DNA of 64,000 nucleotides from an uncultured Chloroflexia bacterium (GTDB lineage Bacteria; Chloroflexota; Limnocylindria; Limnocylindrales; CSP1-4). Made by a program: the position numbers and the translations under genes. The notes below the pieces were generated by a model. That model saw nothing but the letters and a program-made list of their open reading frames with translations. It was not told the DNA's origin and ran no database searches. The stretch is taken from the NCBI GenBank assembly GCA_963745295.1, contig CAVUWG010000003.1, forward strand, positions 679,497-743,496, read 5' to 3'. Within the stretch, counting starts at the first letter, position 1. The number at the start of each line of letters is the position of its first letter. Shown here piece after piece: positions 25,907 through 37,076 of the stretch.

Positions 25907-26677
25907 GTGGTGACGATACGCATCATCGACGTGGCCGATGAGGATGGATTCCGCCGGATCCCGCCGTGCGCCGACCCCGGGTTCGACCACCGGACGTGCG
26001 ACTACTGGGAGGACGCGGCGCGCGGCTCGAAGGCTGCCCGGCTGGCCTGGCTGGAACGATCGACCCCGGCTCCGGATCGCCCCCATCGGCCGGTGCCGGA
26101 CAACCCGTTCCTCGCGGACCTCGAGGCGTCGTCGGTCGCGAACCCGTTCGCCCTGGACCGCGGCGCCCACAACCCGTTCCTCGACGACGACGATGGCCCG
26201 GCGGTCCCGAACCCATTCGCGCCGACGACCGAGCGCGCTCCCGCCGTCGCGCCCGACGCCCCGCGCAAGCTGCAGTTGCTCGCGCGTGGCCTCGGGGTGG
26301 CCGGCTGCTATGCGAAGGTCATCGAACGCGACGACGTCCCGGTGGCGTACTGCCAGTTCGGTCCGCTGACGGCGTACCCGCGGGCACAGCAGACACGCGA
26401 CCTGTATCCACGGCTGCCGGCCGCGCCGCTGCCCGCGGTCATCACCTGCATCGCCACGACAGCGGACGCGCGAGGGGAGGGCCTGGCGCTCCGCCTCGTC
26501 CAGGCCGTCTGCGACGACCTCGCGTCGCGAGGCTTTGCGGCGGTGGAGTCGTACCCCGAGGTCGGCGCGCGGCCCGACGCGACGAGTGCGGCGACGCCCG
26601 CGTTCTGGGAAGCCGCCGGGTTCAGCCTCGCGATCGCGGACGAGCGGTTCCCGGTGATGCGGCGGGAGCTGACCTGA
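25907..26677 (+). CDS. GNAT-family N-acetyltransferase-like protein
   Basis: 256-aa ORF with an N-terminal CDYWED motif and a C-terminal acetyltransferase-like core (GEGLALRLVQAVCDDLASRGFAAVESYP). Tentative. Confidence 0.65.
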   Translation: MVTIRIIDVADEDGFRRIPPCADPGFDHRTCDYWEDAARGSKAARLAWLERSTPAPDRPHRPVPDNPFLADLEASSVANPFALDRGAHNPFLDDDDGPAVPNPFAPTTERAPAVAPDAPRKLQLLARGLGVAGCYAKVIERDDVPVAYCQFGPLTAYPRAQQTRDLYPRLPAAPLPAVITCIATTADARGEGLALRLVQAVCDDLASRGFAAVESYPEVGARPDATSAATPAFWEAAGFSLAIADERFPVMRRELT

Positions 26678-27342
26678 GCCGCCGGCGGTCGGCGGGCCGC
26701 GGGATCGCACCGGCGGCGATCGCCCTGCTGGTCGCGGCGCTCGGGTTCATGGCGTGCGACGGCGGCACCGGCGTTCCAGGCGTTCCGGGCGGGACCGTCG
26801 CGGCGCCGACGCCGAGCGCCCAGCCGACGCCGGTGGCGTCGGCCGCCTCGTCATCACCCGCGCCGACCCCGTCGGCGAGCGCCGCGGCGTCGGGCGGCGT
26901 CGCGGTCGACCTGTCCTTGCTCGATCGCCTGCCCGCGACGGTCGACGGCCTGCCGGTCGAGGCGGACGCTGAGACATCGGCGAGCATCGCGGCGTCGCCG
27001 GGCCTGGCGTCGGACGCCTCGGCCATCGCGATCGCCCGGGTGGTGGCCACGGCGAGCGACGACCTCGCGGTCGCGAGCATCGTCCGTCTCCGTGAGGGTC
27101 CGTTCGACGCCGCGAGCTACGACCGGTGGCGGTCGACCTACGACCAGGCGGCCTGCGAGCCGGCCGGTGGCGTCGCGGCCACGGGCCAACGCCAGGTCGC
27201 CGGGCGGACGGTCTTCGTCGCCGCCTGCAATGGCGGAGCGCAGACGTACCACGTCGCGTTGGGCGACGACATCCTCGTGTCGATCACCGCCATCGGCGAG
27301 CGGCAGCTGGGCGACCTGCTCGTCGCGGGCCTGCGGGAGTAG
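26674..27342 (+). CDS. putative lipoprotein
   Basis: Tail of ORF 25966..27342: RRRSAGRGIAPAAIALLVAALGFMAC, then a Pro/Ser/Ala linker and a ~130-aa domain. No ATG or GTG is available. CTG 26674 overlapping the GNAT stop (CTGA) is assumed, so the start is uncertain. Confidence 0.5.
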   Translation: MSRRRSAGRGIAPAAIALLVAALGFMACDGGTGVPGVPGGTVAAPTPSAQPTPVASAASSSPAPTPSASAAASGGVAVDLSLLDRLPATVDGLPVEADAETSASIAASPGLASDASAIAIARVVATASDDLAVASIVRLREGPFDAASYDRWRSTYDQAACEPAGGVAATGQRQVAGRTVFVAACNGGAQTYHVALGDDILVSITAIGERQLGDLLVAGLRE

Positions 27343-27351
27343 GCTCCGAGC

Positions 27352-29022
27352 ATGTCTGGACCCCGCCCCGTCCGCGCGCCTCGCGGCCCGGAGCTCTCCT
27401 GTCGCGGCTGGGCACAGGAGGCGGCCCTCCGGATGCTCATGAACAACCTCGATCCGGAGGTCGCCGAGGACCCGGACCACCTCGTCGTCTATGGCGGCAC
27501 CGGTCGGGCGGCCAGGAGCTGGGACGCGTTCGATGCGATCGTGCGGGAACTGCGTGTCCTCGCCGACGACGAGACGCTCCTCGTCCAATCCGGCAAGCCG
27601 GTCGGCGTGCTGCGCACGCACGAATGGGCGCCGCGGGTCCTCATCGCGAACTCGAATCTCGTCGGCAAGTGGGCCACCTGGGAGCACTTCCGCGAGCTGG
27701 AGCAGGCCGGGCTGATGATGTACGGCCAGATGACGGCCGGCTCGTGGATCTACATCGGGACGCAGGGCATCCTCCAGGGCACGTACGAGACGTTCGGCGA
27801 GGCGGCGAGGCAGCATTTCGGGGGGACGCTGCGCGGCACGGTGACCCTCACCGCCGGCCTCGGCGGGATGGGTGGCGCGCAACCGCTGGCGGTCACCATG
27901 AACGACGGCGTTTGCGTGGTGATCGAGGTCGACGAGGCGCGGGCCCGGCGGCGGCTCGAGATCGGCTATGTCGACCGTGTGACTCACGACCCGGCCGAGG
28001 CGCTCGCCTGGGCGAGGGCCGCTGCGGTCGCCGGCGAGGCGGTCAGCATCGCGCTGGTCGGCAACGCGGCGGAGATCGAGCCCGCCTGGGCCGCGACCGG
28101 CGAGCGGTTCGACCTCGTGACCGACCAGACATCGGCCCACGACGCACTGGGCGGCTACGTCCCGGCCGAGATCGGCCTCGCCGACGCGCTCGAGCTGCGC
28201 GCCCGCCTGCCCGAGGAGTACCAGCGCCGCTCGCGTCAGGCGATGGCCGATCACGTCCGCGCGATGCTCGCGTTCCAGCGGGCCGGGGCGGTGGTCTTCG
28301 ACTACGGCAACAACCTGCGCGCCCAGGCGGCCGAGGCCGGTGTGACCGACGCGTTCGACTATCCGGGCTTCGTGCCGGCCTTCATCCGGCCGCAGTTCTG
28401 CGAGGGACGCGGTCCGTTCCGCTGGGCAGCGCTCTCCGGCGACCCGGCCGACATCGCTCGAACGGATCAGGCCGTCCTCGACCTCTTCCCCGAGGACGTC
28501 GGCCTGCGACGCTGGATCGAGATGGCCCGGGCGCGGGTCCCGTTCCAGGGCCTGCCCGCCAGGATCTGCTGGCTCGGGTACGGCGAGCGGGCGCGGGCCG
28601 GCCTCGCGTTCAACGAGCTCGTCCGGACCGGCGAGGTCGCGGCCCCGATCGTCATCGGGCGCGACCACCTCGACGCGGGATCGGTGGCGTCGCCCAATCG
28701 CGAGACCGAGGCGATGCTCGACGGCTCGGATGCCGTGGCGGACTGGCCGCTCCTCAACGCCCTCGTGAACACCGCGGCCGGGGCGTCATGGGTGTCGATC
28801 CATCACGGCGGCGGGGTCGGGATCGGCTACAGCCAGCACGCGGGGATGGTGGTCGTCGCCGACGGCACGGACCTGGCTGCCCAGAAGCTGGAGCGGGTGC
28901 TGACGACGGACCCCGCGATGGGCGTCCTGCGCCACGTCGACGCCGGCTACGAGCGAGCCCGCGAGGTCGCCGTCGAGCGAGGGGTCCACGTCCCGATGGC
29001 TGGAGACGTCACGAGGGGTTGA
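27352..29022 (+). CDS. hutU: urocanate hydratase
   Basis: 556-aa ORF with [26 protein letters not shown] and [13 protein letters not shown]. Confidence 0.95.
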   Translation: MSGPRPVRAPRGPELSCRGWAQEAALRMLMNNLDPEVAEDPDHLVVYGGTGRAARSWDAFDAIVRELRVLADDETLLVQSGKPVGVLRTHEWAPRVLIANSNLVGKWATWEHFRELEQAGLMMYGQMTAGSWIYIGTQGILQGTYETFGEAARQHFGGTLRGTVTLTAGLGGMGGAQPLAVTMNDGVCVVIEVDEARARRRLEIGYVDRVTHDPAEALAWARAAAVAGEAVSIALVGNAAEIEPAWAATGERFDLVTDQTSAHDALGGYVPAEIGLADALELRARLPEEYQRRSRQAMADHVRAMLAFQRAGAVVFDYGNNLRAQAAEAGVTDAFDYPGFVPAFIRPQFCEGRGPFRWAALSGDPADIARTDQAVLDLFPEDVGLRRWIEMARARVPFQGLPARICWLGYGERARAGLAFNELVRTGEVAAPIVIGRDHLDAGSVASPNRETEAMLDGSDAVADWPLLNALVNTAAGASWVSIHHGGGVGIGYSQHAGMVVVADGTDLAAQKLERVLTTDPAMGVLRHVDAGYERAREVAVERGVHVPMAGDVTRG

Positions 29023-29158
29023 CCGGCCGTTGACACGGCAGATACACCCCCGTCCCAGACTACGATGCACCGACACCCCGCGACCGTTCGGGTATGGCAT
29101 CGACTGGTAGCGTTGTCAGCCTGGGACGTGCCGCCACTTCGCTCGTGGAGGACCCGCC

Positions 29159-32100
29159 GTGCTTCGACCGAAGGCATCCCGTCGAGCCACGCCGCTCGCC
29201 GCATTGACGGCCCTGGCCTTGCTGGCCGGCGCCCTCCCGCTGGCGACCGCGTCGGCATTCACGCAGAGTCCGGCCACGGTCTGGATCAACGAGATCCACT
29301 ACGACAACACCGGCAACGATGCCGGCGAGGCCATCGAGATCGCCGGTCCAGCCGGCACCGACCTGAGCGGTTGGTCGATCGTCCTCTACAACGGCGCCAA
29401 CGGTCTGCAGTACGACGCCGATGCGTTCAGCGGTCTCATCCCGGACCAGCAGGGCGGGATCGGGACATCGGTCATCACCTACCCGCTCAACGGCATCCAG
29501 AACGGGGCGCCCGACGGCATCGCGCTGGTCAACGGGACGACGCTGGTGCAGTTCCTGAGCTACGAGGGTTCCTTCACGGCGACCAACGGACCGGCCAACG
29601 GGATCGCCAGCACGGACATCGGCGTCGGCGAGAACGGCACGGAGCCGCTCGGGCTCGTCGCTCCAGCTGACCGGCAGCGGGTCGACCTACCAGTCGTTCA
29701 CGTGGGCCGGCGCCGGGACGAGCACGTTCGGCGCCCCGAACACCGGCCAGACCTTCGAGGGTGGTGGAGATGCGGCACCGTTCGTCGCCTCCAGCTCGCC
29801 TGCCGCCGGCGCGACCGGCGTCGCGGCCGACGCGGCCGTCTCGGTCACCTTCAGCGAGTCCGTCTCGATCGATGCCGGTGCGCTCGTCCTGTCCTGCGGC
29901 GGCCCGGACCTGGCGTCAGCGTCCGGTGGTCCGGCAACGACCTTCGCGCTGGCGTACACGCCGCCACTCCCGGGCGGCGCCGACTGCACCATCGCGATCC
30001 TGGCGGCCGGGGTCCACGACACCGACGCCGCCGATCCGCCGGATGGACTGGCCGCGAACGTGTCGATCGGCTTCCGGGTCGTGGCGGCCGACCCGTGTGC
30101 CGGGATCGTCACGGCCATCCCGGCCATCCAGGGCAGCGGACCGGCTGCCGCGATCACCGGCCCGGTCACGACCGAGGGCGTCGTCGTCGGCGACTACGAG
30201 GGCCCGTCCCCGACGCTTCGCGGGTTCTACCTCCAGGATCCCGCCGGGGACGGTGACGCGACCACGTCCGACGGGCTGTTCGTCTTCAACGGCAACGACG
30301 ACGACGTCGACCTCGGCGACGTCGTGCGCGTCTCGGGCAATGCCACCGAGTTCCAGGACCAGACCCAGGTCTCGGCGACGTCCGTCGACGTGTGCGGGAC
30401 CGGCGCCAGCGTCGCGCCGACGGACGTGACGCTGCCGGCCGCGTCGTCGACGTTCCTCGAGCGGTACGAGGGCATGCTCGTCCGCCTGCCCCAGACACTG
30501 TCGGTGACCGAACACTTCCAGCTCGGTCGGTTCGGCCAGGTCGTCCTGTCCGCCGACGGACGTGTCCTCCAGCCCACCGCGATCGTGGACCCGGGTGCGC
30601 CGGCCGCGGCGATGCAGGCGCAGAACGACCTGCACCGGATCATCATCGACGACGCGCTCCAGAGCCAGAATCCCGACCCGATCCTCTTCGGTCGCGGCGG
30701 GAACCCACTCTCGGCCTCCAACACCCTGCGCGGCGGTGACACGGCGACCGGCATCGTCGGGGTCATGACCTACACGTGGGCCGGCAATGCCGCGAGCGGC
30801 AACGCCTACCGCGTGCGGCCGGTCGGGGCGCTCGGCGGCGCGATCCCGGACTTCCAGCCGGCGAATGCGAGGCCCGCCGCACCGCCCGAGGTCGGCGGCT
30901 CCGTCCGGGTGGCTGGCATGAACCTGCTCAACTACTTCAACACGTTCAGCGGCTGCACCTTCGGCGTCGGTGGTCCGGCCGCCGACTGCCGGGGAGCCAA
31001 CAACGCCACCGAGTTCGATCGCCAGCAGGCGAAGACCGTTGCCGCCATCGTCGCGCTCGATGCGGACGTGGTCGGCGTCAATGAGATCGAGAACGATGGC
31101 TACGGCCCGACGAGCGCGATCGCCGACCTCGTCGACCGCCTGAACGCGGCGACGGTGCCGGGCACGTTCGCCTTCGTCGACGTCGATACGGGCGCCGGGC
31201 GCGTCAACGCCCTCGGCACCGATGCCATCAAGGTCGGGCTCATCTTCCGCCCGGCGATCGTGACACCGGTGGGCCTGACCGCCGCCCTCGACTCGATCGC
31301 CTTCGTCAACGGTGGCGACTCGGCTCCGCGCAGCCGGCCGTCTCTGGCCCAGGCCTTCCAGACCGTCGATGGCGCCCGGTTCGTCGTGGACGTCAACCAC
31401 CTCAAGAGCAAGGGCAGCGCCTGTGACCAGCCCGATGCGGGCGACGGGCAGGGCAACTGCAACACCGTGCGGACGAACGCGGCGACCGCCCTCGTCGCGT
31501 GGCTCGCGGGCGACCCGACCGGCACCGGCGACGACGACGTCGTCATCGTCGGCGATCTCAACTCCTACGCCCGCGAGGACCCGGTGGGCGTGCTCGAGGA
31601 CGCGGGCTATACGAACCTCGTCGCGGCCGCCGTCGACGACCCGTACTCCTACGTGTTCGACGGCCAGTGGGGCTACCTCGACTACGCGCTCGGCTCGGCC
31701 GCCGCGGTCGAGGAGGTGACCGGCGTCGGCGAGTGGCACATCAACGCCGACGAGCCGGCCGTGCTCGACTACAACACCGAGTTCAAGTCGGCCGCCCAGG
31801 TCGTGAGCCTGTACGCGCCCGACCAGTTCCGGATCTCGGACCACGACCCGATCCTGGTCGGCCTCGATCCGGTCAACGACCCGCCGTCGGTCGACGCTGG
31901 CGGTCCCTACTCCGTCGTCGAGGGCGGGTCGGTGTCGGTGTCCGCCACCGGCCTGGACCCGGAGGGCACGGCTGTCTCGTTCGCGTGGGATCTCGACGGA
32001 GTCCCGGGATTCGAGGCGAGCGGCCAACAGGTGTCGTTCTCGGCGGCCGGGCTGAACGCCCCGCTGACCCGCACGATCCGGGTGCGGGCGACCGACGCCT

Positions 32101-32483
32101 TCGGCAACCAGGCCGTCGACGAGGCGACCGTCAAGGTCATCTGGTCGTTCGCCTTCCGGCGTCCGTTGGTGTCGCCACCGGCAGTCAATCAGTGGATCGC
32201 CGCGCTGCCGGTCCTGGTCCCGTTCACCCTGTCCGGCAACCAGGGCCTGGGCGTCCTCGACGGCGCGCCGACGTTCACGCGCACGGATTGCGCGACCCAT
32301 GTGCCCATCGGTCCACCGGCCGCCATCTCGACGATCGGCCCCGCGCTGGTCTACGAGCGTCGGACGGATACGTACGCGTTCATCTGGAAGACGGTGCGTG
32401 CCCAGGCCAGGACATGCGGGACGCTGAGCATCGCCCTCGATGACGGCACCGTGCACGAGGCCTGGTTCCACTTCATCAGATAG
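29159..32483 (+). pseudogene. ExeM/NucH-type extracellular nuclease (LTD + EEP nuclease + Ig/PKD-like C-terminus), one +1 frameshift as sequenced
   Basis: ORF 29159..30256 gives the signal peptide and lamin-tail-like start (VWINEIHYDNTGNDAGEAIEIAG). The frame of ORF 30060..32483 continues it from ~29658 (SLQLTGSGSTYQSFTWAG...). An extra G lies in CTC-GG[G] at about 29653. An endonuclease/exonuclease/phosphatase region lies around 30900-31850. Confidence 0.85.
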
Positions 32484-32486
32484 CGG

Positions 32487-33827
32487 TCAGCGTCCCGGAG
32501 GATCGATCGGACTGAGGGGCGGGAGCTCGGCATCGGCTTCCGCCGTCTGGTCGCCTGCCGCCGGCCCATCGTCGACGGGCGCCGGCATCTCGCGCAGCGT
32601 CCGGACCGGGGTGATGATCAGCGGCACGACCGCCAGGCCGTTGCCCAGGGCCCCGATCCAGATCGCCTCATGCACGCCGATGGTCGTCGCGATGATCCCG
32701 CCGAGGATCTGGCCGAGCGGGATCGTGCCCCAGACGATGAACCGCATCGTGGCGTTCATCCGGCCCTGCATCGGCGCCGGCGTGATCGCCTGGCGGAAGC
32801 TCACCTGGTTGATGTTGTAGACGACCGCGGACAAACCGAACAGGACGCCCGACGCGACGAGGAACGGCGCGGGGAACGTCGTCGGGGCGATCGCGATGAG
32901 GAGCAGGGCCGGGAAGCTGAGGAACATCGCGATCACGATGGCCGGCCCGAGGCCGACCAGCCTCGTGAAACGGCCCGCGACCACGGCGCCGACGATCGAT
33001 CCGACGTTGCCGAGGCCGAAGATGATCCCGATCTCCCCCGGGGAGAGGCCGAGGTCGCGGACGACGTACACGATGTAGGTCGCCATGACGATCGAGCCGA
33101 ACAGGTTCGCCGTGCCGGTCGACGCGGCGATGCCGCGCAGGTACCGGTTGCCCAGCACGTAGCGGAGTCCGGCGGCGACCTCGTGGCGCAGACTCAAGCG
33201 CGGCTGACCGTGCTCGTCGACATGTCGATCGGGCGTCGGCTCGTCGCGCCGGATCAGGAACACGAAGAGTCCCGACGCGAGGAAGCTGACCGCATCGACC
33301 ACGATGGCGATCGGGGCCGTCACGACCCCGATCAGGCCACCGCCGATCGCCGGACCCGCGGTCTGGGCGATGGTCCGCGACACCTCGAGCTTGCCGTTGC
33401 CGTCGACCAGCTGGTCGCGATCGACGAGCGACGGCAGATACGACATGTACGCCACGTCGAAGAAGACCGTCAGCGTGCCGGTGATGAACCCGACGAGGTA
33501 CAGCTGCCAGATCGTCAGGCCGCCGAGCACGTACGCGATCGGGATCGAGGCGAGACACACCGCCCGACCGACGTCGCCGATGATCAGGATGGGCCGTCGC
33601 CGAAGGCGGTCGACCCAGGCGCCGGCCGGCAGGCTGAACAGGATGAATGGAAGGAACTCGATCGTCCCGAGCAGAGCGACCTCGAACGGGGTCGCGTCCA
33701 GCAGGATGACGGCGACGAGCGGGATGGCGAGCAGGCTGACCTGGGTCCCGAACTGGCTGATGGTCTCGGCTGTCCAGAGCCGGACGAAGTCGCGATTCCG
33801 CAGCACGCTGACCGGAGGGGCAGTCAC
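32487..33827 (-). CDS. MFS transporter
   Basis: 446-aa ORF with RNRDFVRLWTAETISQFGTQV, GAWVDRLRRRPILIIGD and a 12-TM profile. Confidence 0.9.
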   Translation of the reverse strand: MTAPPVSVLRNRDFVRLWTAETISQFGTQVSLLAIPLVAVILLDATPFEVALLGTIEFLPFILFSLPAGAWVDRLRRRPILIIGDVGRAVCLASIPIAYVLGGLTIWQLYLVGFITGTLTVFFDVAYMSYLPSLVDRDQLVDGNGKLEVSRTIAQTAGPAIGGGLIGVVTAPIAIVVDAVSFLASGLFVFLIRRDEPTPDRHVDEHGQPRLSLRHEVAAGLRYVLGNRYLRGIAASTGTANLFGSIVMATYIVYVVRDLGLSPGEIGIIFGLGNVGSIVGAVVAGRFTRLVGLGPAIVIAMFLSFPALLLIAIAPTTFPAPFLVASGVLFGLSAVVYNINQVSFRQAITPAPMQGRMNATMRFIVWGTIPLGQILGGIIATTIGVHEAIWIGALGNGLAVVPLIITPVRTLREMPAPVDDGPAAGDQTAEADAELPPLSPIDPPGR

Positions 33828-33901
33828 CGGCGGCAGTCTACCCGCGATCCTTCGCGCTTTTCGGCGTCTCGTCGCCGGGTCGCGAGGCTTAGCATCGTCG
33901 G

Positions 33902-34870
33902 GTGCTCATCGAGTCCGTTCCGAACGTCTCCGAGGGACGGCGGCTGGACGTCGTCGATCGGTTGGCCGACGGCGATCGGGTCGGTGCCCGAGGTCCACCT
34001 GCTCGACCGGACCAGCGACGCCAGCCACAACCGGTCCGTCTTCACGATCGCCGGCGAGGACGGTCCGGTTCGGGAGGCCCTCGAACGGCTCGTCGCGGCG
34101 GCGATCCACGACATCGACATGGCCACGCACACCGGCGAGCACCCGCGCATCGGGGCCGTCGACGTCATCCCGTTCGTGCCGCTCGCCGCGACGACGATGG
34201 CCGACTGCGTCGAACTCGCTCGAGCGTTCGGTGGACGGATCGCATCCCGGTTCGAGCTCCCGGTCTACCTGTACGCGAACGCCGCGCTCCGCCCCGATCG
34301 GGTGAAGCTGGCCGACGTCCGCCGCGGCCAGTACGAGGGACTCAAGGCGGAGATCGACCAGCGCGGCCGCGAGCCGGACTTCGGGCCGTCCCGGATGCAC
34401 CCGTCGGCCGGAGCTGTCGCGGTCGGGGCGCGCCCGTTCCTGATCGCCTACAACATCAACCTCGCATCGGAGGACGTCGACCTCGCCAAGCGGATCGCTC
34501 GCCGGGTCCGCGAGTCGGGCGGTGGCCTCCCGAAGGTCCAGGCCAACGGGTTCTGGATCGAGGAGCTCCGGCGGGCACAGGTGTCGATGAACCTGCTCGA
34601 CTTCGAGACGACGCCGCTGTGGGTCGTGTGGGAGACGGTCCGCGAGCTCGCCGCCGAGGATGGCGTCGAGCTCGCCGAGTCGGAGCTCATCGGGCTCGCG
34701 CCGCTGGCGTCGTTCCTGGCCGTCGCCGACCACGCCGGCGCGCCGCGCGACGACGCGATCGAGCACCGCCTCGCGGCCGCCGCGGCCTTCCTGCAAGCTG
34801 CGCGACTTCTCGCCCGCTCCAGGCCCTCGAGCTGCGACTGGAGGCCGCCCGGACCGGTCGGCCCGGCTGA
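33902..34870 (+). pseudogene. ftcD: glutamate formimidoyltransferase (FTCD N-terminal-domain family), three +1 frameshifts as sequenced
   Basis: N-terminus MLIESVPNVSEGRRLDVVDRLAD is in frame 2. The body (AIGSVPEVHLLDRTSDASHNRSVFTIAG...IGAVDVIPFVP...) is in the frame of ORF 32670..34886. LRDFSP is in the third frame, and the C-terminus LQALELRLEAARTGRPG is back in frame 2. Switches lie at about 33971, 34797 and 34815. Confidence 0.85.
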
Positions 34871-34882
34871 GCGGCACCACCG

Positions 34883-36256
34883 ATGAGCGGACTGTTCCGG
34901 GTCATCAAGGGCGGTCGGACCGACGAGCCGACGCCCGGGTCTCCTGATCGTCGGCGCCGCCGAGGTCGCGACCCTCGCCGGCGGCGTCCGCGCGGGCGAG
35001 ACCCAGGGTGAGATCGGACGACTGACGGCGGCCGAGGCGGGCGGGCCGGACGCGCCAGGCGCCCCGGTCGTCGCGGTCTGGGAGGGCCGCATCGCCGCCG
35101 TCGGGCCCGCGTTCCTCGGTCGAGGCGGCGCTCGCCGCCGACGGGCTGCCCGCTCGGCCGGTTCGCCCGCCTCGACGCCCGCGGCGGATCGGTCACGCCG
35201 GGTCTCGTCGACCCGCACACGCACCTGCTGTTCGCCGGCACCCGCGAGGCCGAGCTCGTCCTGCGGCAGCGCGGCGCCGGCTATCTCGAGATCCTGGCCG
35301 CCGGCGGCGGCATCCTGTCCACCGTGGCGGCGACGCGCGCCGCGACCACCGACGAGCTGCTCGCCCACGGCCGGCGCTGGCTCGACGAGATGCTCGGCCA
35401 CGGCGTCACGACGATCGAGGCCAAGTCCGGCTACGGGCTCGACCTCGAGACCGAGATCCGGCTCCTCGATGTGGCGCATCGGCTCGGCAGCGAGGGTCCG
35501 ATCGACATCGTCCCGACCTACCTCGGCGCCCACGCCGTCGCGCCGGAGTTCCGCTCGCGGCCCGACGGGACCGAGGCCTACGTCCGGGCCGTGATCGAGG
35601 AGCAGCTGCCCGGCGTCGCGGCCCACGGCCGGGCGCGGTTCTGCGACGTCTTCTGCGAGGAGGGGGTGTTCAGCGCCGACCAGTCGCGGCGGATCCTGAC
35701 GGCGGCCATGGGCTACGGGCTGACCCCGCGCCTGCACGCGGACGAGCTGGCGCCGTCCGGTGGCGCGGAGCTCGCGGCCGAGCTCGGCGCCGCGTCGGCC
35801 GACCACCTCGCGACGCCGTCGGACGCCGGGATCGCGGCCCTGGCGGCGGCCGCGGCCGGCGGTCGGCCGGTCGTGGCCACGCTGCTGCCGGCGACGACGT
35901 GGTTCCTGATGAAGGACCACCACGCCCCGGCGCGAGCCTTCATCGACCGCGGCGTCCCGGTCGCGATCGGCACGGACTTCAATCCGGGCACGTCGCCGAC
36001 GGCGAGCCTGCCGCTGGCGATGACCGCGGCCTGTGTCGGGCTGCGGATGACCCCCGACGAGGTGCTCTCCGCGGTCACGATCAATGCCGCGCGGGCCCTG
36101 CTCCTCGACGACGAGATCGGGTCGCTCGAGCCCGGCAAGGTCGCCGACCTCGCGATCTGGCGGGTGCCGACGACCGACCAGATCCCCTACTGGCCGGCGG
36201 CCGACCTGGTACGGACCGTCGTCAAGCGCGGGCGGGTCGTCCTGGACCGAGCCTGA
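34883..36256 (+). pseudogene. hutI: imidazolonepropionase, three +1 frameshifts in the first 270 nt as sequenced
   Basis: The reading path is MSGLFRVIKGGRTDEPTPG (ATG 34883), then LLIVGAAEVATLAGG...AVGPAFL, then VEAALAADGLP, then LGRFARLDARGGSVTPGLVDPHTHLLFAG, continuing into ORF 35324..36256 (TTIEAKSGYGLD, DFNPGTSP). Switches lie at about 34940, 35118 and 35149. Confidence 0.85.
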
Positions 36257-36284
36257 GGGGACCGGGACCGGAGCGGCTCCGGCG

Positions 36285-36965
36285 TCAGGCCTGCTTGCCG
36301 CGCGATTCGAGGAGCACGGCGGTCGTCTCCGCCGGCAGGCTGGTCGCGGTGACCGACAACTTCGGCTGGACGGTCGGCTCGGCGCCCATCTCGTGGAAGA
36401 ACTTCTTCAGCGCCTCGGCGCACTCGGGTCGGTCACGTCCTCGCAGAGCGGCATCGGCACGACGATGCTCGGGTCGAGCTGGGCGACGAGGGCCGCCGCG
36501 CGCGTCGGCGTCAGACGCCCGCCGAGCGGCACGCAGCGCGATGTCGACCGAGCCGATGTCGCCGAGCTTCTCCTCGGACAGCTCGTGGCCGATGTCGCCG
36601 AGGTGGATCGTGTGCAGCCCGTCGATCTCCACGACGAAGGCGACCTGCTTGCCGCCGGTCGCGCCCTTGGCGTCGTCGCGATAGGTCCGCACGCCGGTGA
36701 CCAGGACGTCCTTGACCTCGTACTCGCCCGGGCCGTCGAGGACGAACGCGTCGTCCAGGCTCGAGGGCAGGAGGGTGTGGCCGTCGCGCGACGTCTTGCC
36801 CTTCGCGCGCGGCAGCCGGGTGTCGTCGGGATGGCTGAAGGTGACGATGTCGCCGGTGATCCCCCGGCCGGTCGGCCCGACGACCGACTGGTACGGGTCG
36901 GTGACGACGACCGCGTCCTTGCCGCGAAGGCGGACGCAGGTCCGGCCGTACCAGGTGACTTCCAT
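36285..36965 (-). pseudogene. MBL-fold metal-dependent hydrolase (UlaG-like), two frame changes as sequenced
   Basis: MEVTWYGRTCVRLRGKDAVVVTDPY...IHLGDIGHEL is in ORF 36285..36995. The middle (VPLGGRLTPTRAAALVAQLDPSIVVPMPL) is in the frame of ORF 36407..37558. The tail ECAEALKKFFHEMG is back in the first frame. Changes lie at about 36535 and 36430. Confidence 0.7.
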
Positions 36966-37030
36966 CGCCCCGATTCTGACACAGCGCGGCTGCATCGCGG
37001 CTCATGTGTGGCGACCGGTGGCGGCTCTCC

Positions 37031-37076
37031 GGAAAAGAGAAGACCGGAGGCGCCTGCCCAATCGGCGCCTCCGGTC
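37031..37076 (-). terminator. orphan rho-independent terminator-like hairpin
   Basis: A 13-bp perfect stem GACCGGAGGCGCC / GGCGCCTCCGGTC (37042-37054 with 37064-37076) and a 9-nt loop, followed on the minus strand by TTCTCTTTTCC. No minus-strand CDS lies upstream of it. Confidence 0.5.

Noticed and set aside
26854-28668. 604-aa minus-strand ORF, and 27126..29033 + (635 aa)
   Set aside because: Both are alternative-frame or antisense shadows of hutU (27352..29022), whose translation carries unmistakable urocanase motifs.
29916-32471. 851-aa minus-strand ORF
   Set aside because: Antisense to the ExeM/NucH nuclease gene. Low-complexity Arg/Asp/Gly translation with no domain signal.
32670-34886. 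738-aa plus-strand ORF
   Set aside because: It is a chimera. The first ~410 codons are antisense to the MFS gene 32487..33827. Only the last third is real coding sequence, namely the out-of-frame body of the formimidoyltransferase gene. ORF 36697..38637 is a similar chimera, mixing spacer with the body of the HExxH lipoprotein gene.
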